From: Candidatus Helarchaeota ASGARD archaeon Hel_GB_B
GTDB taxonomy: Archaea > Asgardarchaeota > Lokiarchaeia > Helarchaeales > HEL-GB-B
Direction of reading: 5' to 3'
Length of the DNA: 21,998 nt
Assembly (NCBI GenBank): GCA_005191425.1
Contig: SUPR01000062.1
Location: forward strand, 1 to 21,998
Each line of letters opens with the position of its first letter. The stretch's first letter is position 1. A model generated the notes under the pieces. That model was not told the DNA's origin. It searched no databases and was given only the letters and a program-made list of their open reading frames with translations. Of this stretch, positions 1 through 7,997 are shown piece by piece. The translations under genes were made by a program, and so were the position numbers.

Positions 1-124
1 CCAATCAAAATCTTTTATTTACATAGTAAAAAAGAATATAAATAAAAATTCTTCTTTTAGAGTAATAGGTTAAGCAAGATCTATCAAATATAAAAATAAT
101 CTAAATTAAAAAAGGATATTAATA

Positions 125-952
125 ATGGCGATTCTTGGACTGCTAATACAAAATAAAAATGGTTTGCCGATATTTTTTTCAGGTTGGTCTGATAAAATTA
201 AAACAATTAAAAGTCTAGATACTGGGCTGATAACCGGATTTTTTTCTGCATTATTTTCTTTTACGGATTCATTTAACAAAAAATTGAGTTATATTAGATT
301 TCTAGAGACTTCAATGGATATATATGGTATTGACACAATTTGTATCGAAATTGATGATTATTTATTTCTTTGCTTTGTTGATTCTTACCAATTCCATGAG
401 CTTGTTAAATATAAAATAAAATGGATATACAATATTGTCTTTAAAAGGTATACTTCTCAAATTGAAAAAGGATTAACAATAAAGTTGACGGAATCTGAAA
501 TAAAATTAATTGAAAATATTTTAAAAGATAATTTCCAAAAATTTGCTGTTTTATCAATTAAAAATTATTTAAATTCTGCCATTGACGAATTGATTTCTTT
601 GGGTGGAGATTCCCAAATTTGTGGTATATCTATCAATTCTTTTGATAATACAATTCTTTATTCATTTGGAATTGAATATTCAAGTCTGGAATTATTTTTA
701 AATAACCTGGGGCAAAAAGGTAGTATTATTAAGGATAATGAAATTCAATATTGTTATATTTCAGTCCCGGATTTTATGCCAATTCTCCTTGTCACAATAA
801 ATCCTGTTATTAAATTTCCAATTTCGGACATAATTCAAGAAATGGCTACAGGAGAATTACCAATTTATTTCAATATTATTATAGACACTTCCTCCAATGT
901 CGATAAAACGGTAAAATTAGTTTTAAGAAAGTTAGTACCTTTATTTGAATAG
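125..952 (+). CDS. Longin-like domain protein with a second longin/roadblock-like domain
   Basis: N-terminus MAILGLLIQNKNGLPIF...LITGFFSALFSF matches the Asgard longin pattern. The second half (ICGISINSFDNTILYS) looks like another alpha/beta sensor-type domain. Confidence 0.6.
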   Translation: MAILGLLIQNKNGLPIFFSGWSDKIKTIKSLDTGLITGFFSALFSFTDSFNKKLSYIRFLETSMDIYGIDTICIEIDDYLFLCFVDSYQFHELVKYKIKWIYNIVFKRYTSQIEKGLTIKLTESEIKLIENILKDNFQKFAVLSIKNYLNSAIDELISLGGDSQICGISINSFDNTILYSFGIEYSSLELFLNNLGQKGSIIKDNEIQYCYISVPDFMPILLVTINPVIKFPISDIIQEMATGELPIYFNIIIDTSSNVDKTVKLVLRKLVPLFE

Positions 953-1201
953 ATTTTAATTAATACATTATTTTTATAAAGTTTAAAAATTTTGTAGAAT
1001 TTTAATAAACTAATAAACACATTTTGCCAAATCTTTTTTTTAGTTTATTTTATATTATAAATTTTGAAACATTTTAGAAAAAATATTAATTTTCTCCTTA
1101 AAAATTTTAAAGATAGGAGAATTTCTGAAAAAATTATAATTAAATTTTGAAAATTAATGGTAATAAAGAAATAATAATAAATATAATAGTTAGTGTTTTA
1201 A

Positions 1202-2080
1202 ATGCCTAATGGTGGGACTGATTGTTGTGGAACGTGCCCTTTTAATGGAGTTAATAAAGGCGAAATAAAATATCCATCTATTGATGAAAAAGATTTTTTC
1301 TGCGAAATTCGTGGTTTTAAAATTCAATCGCCATTTTGGACTTATTGTAACAACCATCCGAAGAGAAATCCATTAAGGATAAAAGAGCCTCGAGGGCCGA
1401 TATGGGCTGCAATTTTATCCACATATAATACAACACCTCTTAGAAATGACTTGAATATCCCCTTTGAACTTTTACCTCCTGAAGGAGACTCAATGTATAT
1501 TAGAATTCCTTATTTTGATAAAATAAGACCATATGAGGGGTCATCGAGGACTTGTGAAATCTGTGGAAAAAAATCTGCCAATACTATTTCTATTAAGATT
1601 AATGACAAATCAGAACGAATATATCATTTTTGTAGTTCATCACATTATTTTGAATGGTGGTTAAATAATGACCCATTAGCAATCTCACTCAAAAAAGAGA
1701 GAATTTTAAATGAACGAGATATAATTCTAAAATTAAGAAATGTAGATAAATTATTGCCTTTTGCCATTGAAACTTTTATTGAGAATAACGATATGGAATT
1801 AATTCTAAATTATTTGAAAATAATTGACGAAATTCTTTTGAAATTGGGCTTCTATAAATATGATACATATACTGAAACAATAAAGCATGAAATTAAAATG
1901 CCTAAAACCATGATACTACAATTAATAGACTTAAAAAATTATTTTAATATATTTGGAAATTTTCTGTCCACGCCAGATAAAGAAAAAGAATCAATAATTG
2001 AATTATTAGACAATATTGCAGCTCTTATTAAAGAAATTCTTAACACTAATCATAACAGTTTCGATCTTTACAATCCCTGA
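1202..2080 (+). CDS. Hypothetical protein with two Cys/His metal-binding modules
   Basis: 292-aa ORF. N-terminal C8-C9-xx-C12...C34...C49-xx-H52; central CEIC...HFCSSSH (TRASH/YHS-like finger); helical C-terminus. Confidence 0.7.
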   Translation: MPNGGTDCCGTCPFNGVNKGEIKYPSIDEKDFFCEIRGFKIQSPFWTYCNNHPKRNPLRIKEPRGPIWAAILSTYNTTPLRNDLNIPFELLPPEGDSMYIRIPYFDKIRPYEGSSRTCEICGKKSANTISIKINDKSERIYHFCSSSHYFEWWLNNDPLAISLKKERILNERDIILKLRNVDKLLPFAIETFIENNDMELILNYLKIIDEILLKLGFYKYDTYTETIKHEIKMPKTMILQLIDLKNYFNIFGNFLSTPDKEKESIIELLDNIAALIKEILNTNHNSFDLYNP

Positions 2081-2091
2081 CCATTATATTT

Positions 2092-2556
2092 TCAAACGTA
2101 ATATCTATAAATTACTTCTGCTACACAAGCAGGTTTTTCTTGGTCTTCTACTTCAAAAGTTAATAAAAATTCCACCTGATACACTTTTTCTTTAATTTCT
2201 TTTAAATCCTTTAATTCAGCTTTTAGTCTAATTCTTTTACCCACAGGTACTGGAGCAGGAAATCTTAATTTATTAAGGCCATAATTTATTCCCATTTTCT
2301 TTTTTTTGAGTTCAAAAATCTGTGCAATTAATACAGGTGCAAGACTAATTGTATAATAACCATGAGCAATAGTCCCACCATAAGGCGATTCTTTTTTAGC
2401 TTTTTCTATGTCAACATGTATCCATTGATGATCACCCGTAGCATCTGCAAACATATTGATTTCCTCTTGAGACACCAAATGCCAATCGCTATATTCTAAT
2501 AACTTTCCTTTATATTCTTTTAATTCATCAATATCATTAAAACTTAACTTTGCCAT
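2092..2556 (-). CDS. MaoC-family dehydratase (hot-dog fold, (R)-enoyl-CoA hydratase-like)
   Basis: FADATGDHQWIHVD, IAHG and NYGLNKLRFPAPV motifs. ATG at 2556 preferred over the TTG at 2577. Confidence 0.9.
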   Translation of the reverse strand: MAKLSFNDIDELKEYKGKLLEYSDWHLVSQEEINMFADATGDHQWIHVDIEKAKKESPYGGTIAHGYYTISLAPVLIAQIFELKKKKMGINYGLNKLRFPAPVPVGKRIRLKAELKDLKEIKEKVYQVEFLLTFEVEDQEKPACVAEVIYRYYV

Positions 2557-3357
2557 TATTTTATCACCAAAATTCAACTGATTAATCGAGATTTATCATT
2601 CTAAATTTATCAAAATTTTTTTACATTTCTGAACTTAAATAGCATATATATAATATTTTTTATTTATTTTAATTAATAAATTTTATTTATCAATATAAAT
2701 TTTAATATATAATCTTATATTAATTTAATTTAGCATTTCCTTGATTACAAATAATAATTAAATTTTTCTAATTTACTCATAATTTATTAATAATAACATC
2801 TTTTAAAAAGAAAAAACCATTTAACCGATCAGAGTTCATATTTAATGAATTAACTTTTTTAGTTTCTTTAAATTTAAGTTAAAAATCAGAAATAAATATA
2901 AAAAAATTATGAATTAATCTGTAAAATTAGAAAATTGTTATTTTAATAATTTATAATTTAGCACATTTAGATACTTTTTTCTAAAAAAAGAATCAGATTA
3001 TTTTTTTAATAATAATAAAAAAGAAATATTATGTTATTATTTTAAGGTCATAAGGATAAATAAAACAAAAATAAATTTATATATTTAATTACAATTATTA
3101 GAATAATAATATTTATTTAATTTCAATTTTGTTTCTAATTAACAATATTTTATGCGATTTTAAAATTATATTCGGAATTTCAATTTTGGAAAAGTTTATT
3201 TAGAAAGTATTTACAATGAATTAATGTTTATAAGAAATAATATTACTAAAATAATTAGAAACAAATTTTTAATAATTCCTTTAATCTTACAAAATATTCA
3301 TTTGAAATTAAATTTTGGAATAAAATTTATTAAAATTTAAAGGAAGATTTGAAAGAG

Positions 3358-3861
3358 ATGATTCCCAGAGAAAATTTAATAAGGGATAAAGGGTCAATCT
3401 ATTTAATTCAGATGATATATATTGAAGTATTTGCATATCTCCGAAAAAATTTAGAATCACTTGAAGTATTAGAAAACAAATTACGGGAAATGGGGAATAG
3501 AATTGGGAAAAGTATATATATCTATTATAAGCCAAGGAAATTTTCACTTATAAAAATGTTAAGAGATGTAATTCACGTTGCTACAGGTGTAAAGAATTTT
3601 AAGATAAAGACAGTGAAAAAATCAAATAAGATAGAGATAACAATTATATATAATCAATGCCCTTTATGTGTATCCGAAGTAGAAGAGAAAGGGGTACATT
3701 ATTGTATACCTACAATGGCAATTTTAGAGGAATATCTTAAATTGGCAATAAATGATGGTAAATTAAAGGGATTCAAAAGTGTTGAAGGCAAAGTAATTAA
3801 AAGTGTATCAAGTGGGGATGACCATTGTGAATATTTTTATAAATTAATAAAAAGTGATTGA
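3358..3861 (+). CDS. V4R / Bet3-like fold protein
   Basis: LREMGNRIGKSIY helix, CPLC, YCIPTMAILEEY and SSGDDHCEY. ATG at 3358 (track start is TTG 3349). Confidence 0.7.
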   Translation: MIPRENLIRDKGSIYLIQMIYIEVFAYLRKNLESLEVLENKLREMGNRIGKSIYIYYKPRKFSLIKMLRDVIHVATGVKNFKIKTVKKSNKIEITIIYNQCPLCVSEVEEKGVHYCIPTMAILEEYLKLAINDGKLKGFKSVEGKVIKSVSSGDDHCEYFYKLIKSD

Positions 3862-3862
3862 A

Positions 3863-4486
3863 ATGGTAAGAGTTATAAGAGAAAAAGTTGGTTTTAAGCA
3901 AAAATTATTATCTTCAATTGGTAAAAGATTGATGTTTAGAAAACAAAAAAAGATTAGCAAATTATTGATAAATCTATCTTATAGAGAAATTATTAGATTA
4001 CTTATCGAAGTAGACGGCAGTTTAGAGAAGGCGTTAAATACTGTTTTTGAGCTTTCATCTCATGCTGGACATGATTTTTTGATGGAATGGGTCGAAGAAG
4101 GTTCTGTTATTTTCTCAAATTTTGTAGGTGATCATGCTCTTTGGATTAAAGCAGGTTATTATTCTTTTACAGGTGATAATATAAAATATATTAAGTATTT
4201 TCCACCTGAGAAAGAGGGCGACCCCCATAGAGTAATATGGCGCATTGATAAATGCTTTTTGTGTTCTGGAATGAATTATGACGATTCTTTTAAAATAGAA
4301 AAAAAAGATCTTGAAAAATATGGTTATGGCATACCTATTGCTGGGATTTTCCAGACTACAGTTAATATGATAAATGAATATGTAGGTATTAAATTTGAAG
4401 GGAAAGTTAGAGAGACCAAATGTATGTTAAAAGGAGACCCATATGGCGAATTCGTAGCGGAATTTTATCCAAAAAAGGAAGATTAA
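3863..4486 (+). CDS. V4R-domain protein
   Basis: CFLC, PIAGIFQ and VRETKCMLKGDPYGEF V4R tail. ATG lies 1 nt after the upstream stop (track start is GTG 3854). Confidence 0.75.
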   Translation: MVRVIREKVGFKQKLLSSIGKRLMFRKQKKISKLLINLSYREIIRLLIEVDGSLEKALNTVFELSSHAGHDFLMEWVEEGSVIFSNFVGDHALWIKAGYYSFTGDNIKYIKYFPPEKEGDPHRVIWRIDKCFLCSGMNYDDSFKIEKKDLEKYGYGIPIAGIFQTTVNMINEYVGIKFEGKVRETKCMLKGDPYGEFVAEFYPKKED

Positions 4487-4488
4487 TA

Positions 4489-4496
4489 TTTTTTTT
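4489..4496 (+). terminator. Oligo-T tract, possible archaeal terminator
   Basis: T8 run just after the V4R stop, between convergent genes. Weak evidence in such an AT-rich genome. Confidence 0.3.
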
Positions 4497-4529
4497 AATA
4501 AATATTAAAAATAAAATTATATTTAAATA

Positions 4530-5405
4530 TTAAATTAAGTTTGCTATCTTTAGTCCTTTAATTATCCAATCAGAGAACATCTCGGAAACAATTTCTGCTT
4601 TTTCACTAGAAATACCTTTATTAAGCAATTCATTTCCCAACTCATTTTTAATAAAATTTGAGTCAGGGTTCTTCTTCCATTTATTTAGAAAAAAGTTTTT
4701 CCATTCAAAATATTTTGATTTGGCATAATCGGGTAAATTTTTTGCTAAATTACCTGCCAAATAACCAAAATGAGCAATGCAGATATTCTTATAATCAATA
4801 TTCTTTACTTTTTCAAAAGATTGTAATAATTTTTTTTCAGAAAATTCTGGGGGCATAATAGGGCCAAAAAAGATATTTTTAGAAATTTTATACCCTAGCG
4901 AATCGCCTATGAATAAAGTTTTATTTTTTCTATCTAAAATACAGATACTACAATTTGTATGCCCGGGTGTACTAAATATCTCAAGTTCTAAATCGCCCAA
5001 GTTAAGTATATCGCCATCATTTAATGGAATAACATCAGTAATAGGGTCTAATTCAAGGGTATAATTAGGAAACCATTTATTAAACTCATTTGGATTAGCT
5101 AGTGCTTCAAGGCCATCTTTATGAGCCATTATTTCAATATTTGAGATCTTTTTTATGATACTTGAAATTCCACCGCTGTGATCCCAATGAGAATGAGTAG
5201 TAATTAAAATATCTGGTTTCAAATCCATTCCGATTAATTTCTTAGCAACTCTTCTCCCTTCATTTTTACCAGAAGCATCTATTAATACCTTTTTTTTCTT
5301 ACCTACTATTAAAAAACAACTCATTGATTTTTCTGTTCCAAATAAAAGTGAATCTATTAAATATGTATTTTCATTTATTTTTCCTTCTTCTTGAACCCAA
5401 TCCAT
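4530..5405 (-). CDS. Metallo-beta-lactamase fold hydrolase
   Basis: THSHWDHSGG (HxHxDH), TPGHT, LFIGD and AHFG motifs. Confidence 0.9.
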   Translation of the reverse strand: MDWVQEEGKINENTYLIDSLLFGTEKSMSCFLIVGKKKKVLIDASGKNEGRRVAKKLIGMDLKPDILITTHSHWDHSGGISSIIKKISNIEIMAHKDGLEALANPNEFNKWFPNYTLELDPITDVIPLNDGDILNLGDLELEIFSTPGHTNCSICILDRKNKTLFIGDSLGYKISKNIFFGPIMPPEFSEKKLLQSFEKVKNIDYKNICIAHFGYLAGNLAKNLPDYAKSKYFEWKNFFLNKWKKNPDSNFIKNELGNELLNKGISSEKAEIVSEMFSDWIIKGLKIANLI

Positions 5406-5481
5406 TTCAGATCACTAAATTAATATCGTTCAAATAAAACTTTAAAATTTAAAAAAATATGTAAGATACTTAAATAACATA

Positions 5482-7545
5482 TTAAATAACTATTTCTTTA
5501 ACTATTTTATTAATCTCATTCATTTGTTCTTTTATAATTAAATTGTAATTATTTTTGTGTATTTTTTCCTTAATTAATTTTTCACATATTTTCGATAGCT
5601 CTACTAATTTAAGATGTTTTTCGTTTAGAGGGTCAAATATTGGAATAGGAAATTTAAATGGGCGTTTAACGTAATGTCTACTCGATTTAATTAGACTTAA
5701 CTGAAAATTTAAAAATTCTGAATTTAATATAGAACAAAGATAATAGCATTCGTCAATATTTGCAGTTTGGTAATATAATAATGTATAATCAATTATAATA
5801 TTTTTCTTAATTACCGCCGATTTTAACTTATTCCCTGCTTCATTAAATACAACTTTATATAAATCAGGATTTTGGTTAATTAATTTATTTTGGAAGTTAA
5901 TATTTTCCCAGAGGTTTAAAAATTTTGTATTTTCTTTTTTATTTTCACGATAAATCTGATCGATTTTTTTATAAAAGGACTTCATTTTTGGGGGTAAATT
6001 TTCAATTGGAATTTTTTTATAATTCTTATCGATTGGCAATATTACTTTATATAATTTCTTATATGTAAAAGGGAGTAATAGATCCGCTTTTAATACATCA
6101 AATATAAAATTATTTTCTATTTCTATATTTTCATAATATTTATCATTCCATTTAGATTTACTTTTTATTGTAGCTTCTAAATCTTTATTGATAATTGAAA
6201 ATTTGGAATTAACTTTTTTTACTGATGCATATAACAAGGCTCTTGGAAAAAGATCTGCGCCTTTAAATACTTTATCATAATAGAATGAATTTGAAATTTT
6301 TATTAACCTGTTTTTCTCATTAATAGAGATCAACTTTCGGACATTCTCACCTTCAAGATAAGCTGGAACTAATTGAGATTCGTGTATAATTTGTAATTGT
6401 TCATCAAAATATTTAATTTTTATTGGAAACGGTTTTGATGATTCATTAGAATATATTCCATAAAGACAGATGCTTTTCATTTTAAAAAATTTTTTAGAAA
6501 AACTATAAATTTCCAAATTCTTAAACCCGTAGAAATTTCTAAACTTGCTAGATTGAGAACTATTTAAAATATTTGAAGTCATTACAAAAAATATTTCACC
6601 ATTTTTTCGTAAAAAAAGTCTTGGGACTTCATAAAAAAAGACAATTGCCATTTCCAAATTGGAAATATCTTTAGCACTTGGTTTTATTTTGTTAATATCA
6701 GCAATTTTTTTAATTAATTCTTGAAAATTGATAGACTCGATATCTCGATAAACCAGCCAAGGAGGATTACCTATTATTAAATCGACTTTCCCAATTTTTT
6801 TAATAATTTTGTTAGAAGGGTCTAAAGAATTTCCTAAAAAAATATTATCTATAGATTGAATTTCAATTAGTTCACAAAGTATTAATGCCACATTAATTTT
6901 TGAAATTAAACAAGCAATTGGATTAATTTCAATCCCAAATATTTTATTTATGTAATTTTTTTTAATACTTACAGGTAATTTTGCATTTAAAATTTCCTTT
7001 ATTATTTCTATAAGGAAAATACCACTTCCACATGCAGGATCAAGGACTTTAGTTCCGTATTTATATTTTTTCTTTATCATAAAACGAGCTAGAACATCTG
7101 GAGTATAAAATTCACCCATTGAGTGCCTGATTGATTGTGAAACTAATTCTTGATAAAAATTAACTAAAATGGGAGATGATTGAATAGAATATTTACGAAT
7201 TTCATTCCTCACCCATTCGTTTAATTCTAGTACATTAATATACCAATCAAAATTTAATCCTAATATATTAAATTTATTTCCTATATTTAAACCGAATTTC
7301 TCTTCTAGAATAATTCTTGATAGAGTTATTATATAGTGATGGATTATAAATAGATCATTTGTTAAATCTTGAGAATTATATAGTAATTTAAATTTATTAC
7401 GCCATATCTCTTTATTTTTAGAAAATCGTTCGTTATCTTGATTATTTAATATAAATTCCATCAATTTTTTATTAAAATAATTAAATGTCGTAGAATTTAT
7501 TCCAAAAAATTTTATTAATTTTTTTGTATCTAGACTTTCTTTCAT
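5482..7545 (-). CDS. N6-adenine DNA methyltransferase (type IIG/Eco57I-like M and specificity regions)
   Basis: GEFYTP, VLDPACGSGIFL (motif I), IIGNPPW (motif IV), long C-terminal TRD-like region. ATG at 7545 (track start is TTG 7560). Confidence 0.85.
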   Translation of the reverse strand: MKESLDTKKLIKFFGINSTTFNYFNKKLMEFILNNQDNERFSKNKEIWRNKFKLLYNSQDLTNDLFIIHHYIITLSRIILEEKFGLNIGNKFNILGLNFDWYINVLELNEWVRNEIRKYSIQSSPILVNFYQELVSQSIRHSMGEFYTPDVLARFMIKKKYKYGTKVLDPACGSGIFLIEIIKEILNAKLPVSIKKNYINKIFGIEINPIACLISKINVALILCELIEIQSIDNIFLGNSLDPSNKIIKKIGKVDLIIGNPPWLVYRDIESINFQELIKKIADINKIKPSAKDISNLEMAIVFFYEVPRLFLRKNGEIFFVMTSNILNSSQSSKFRNFYGFKNLEIYSFSKKFFKMKSICLYGIYSNESSKPFPIKIKYFDEQLQIIHESQLVPAYLEGENVRKLISINEKNRLIKISNSFYYDKVFKGADLFPRALLYASVKKVNSKFSIINKDLEATIKSKSKWNDKYYENIEIENNFIFDVLKADLLLPFTYKKLYKVILPIDKNYKKIPIENLPPKMKSFYKKIDQIYRENKKENTKFLNLWENINFQNKLINQNPDLYKVVFNEAGNKLKSAVIKKNIIIDYTLLYYQTANIDECYYLCSILNSEFLNFQLSLIKSSRHYVKRPFKFPIPIFDPLNEKHLKLVELSKICEKLIKEKIHKNNYNLIIKEQMNEINKIVKEIVI

Positions 7546-7878
7546 GGGAATATTGCCCAAATATTTTATTTAATATAAACTAAAATAAACTAAAAAGTAG
7601 AATTATTTAAGATTTTTGAGATCTTTTTAATAATAGTATTAATTGATTCAATATTTAGAATTTAAATGTCCAATTATATTTAAATAAGTCATATTTCCGA
7701 ATTTTTTTGCTTAAATTAAGCGAAAAAGTTTTAATAAATTTAATAATTTTTTATAATTTTGTTAATTTTTTAAAATAGATATTAATTTTTTATGATTAGA
7801 CTTTAATTTAAGAAAAATAAAATTTATTTTCTATCATTAATTTAATTTTAAATATTTTTGAGAAGAATTAATTTATAT

Positions 7879-7920
7879 AATTAGTCAATAATATTATAAA
7901 TTAGTCAATAAAATATTATA
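7879..7920. repeat. Two ~20-bp imperfect direct repeats (AATTAGTCAATA...ATATTATA)
   Basis: TTAGTCAATA at 7881 and 7901; the second copy runs into the 15-bp array. Confidence 0.6.
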
Positions 7921-7985
7921 ACATTAAATATTGTAACATTAAATATTGTAACATTAAATATTATAACATCAATTATTGTATCATT
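7911..7985. repeat. Tandem repeat, 5 x 15 bp, consensus AAATATTGTAACATT
   Basis: Units start at 7911, 7926, 7941, 7956 and 7971 with 1, 0, 0, 2 and 2 mismatches to consensus. Confidence 0.9.
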
Positions 7986-7997
7986 TAATACCTATAA

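Noticed and set aside
1092-1121. 7-bp inverted repeat TTCTCCT/AGGAGAA
   Set aside because: Too short and AT-rich to support a hairpin or operator call.
3128-3265. 14-bp perfect inverted repeat (3128-3141 and 3252-3265), MITE-like
   Set aside because: A rough estimate gives about one such match by chance in ~800 bp of near-90% AT sequence; no target-site duplication seen.
2078-3861. TGA stops (2078, 3859) as possible selenocysteine codons
   Set aside because: Both are followed closely by another gene, with no plausible continuation or SECIS-like element.
3308-4858. ORFs 3308-3547 (-) and 4658-4858 (+)
   Set aside because: Antisense overlaps of the V4R and MBL genes.
7911-7985. Tandem repeat as a CRISPR array or repeat peptide
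   Set aside because: No spacers and no cas genes; the open frame (7912-8007) follows a stop and lacks a start codon.
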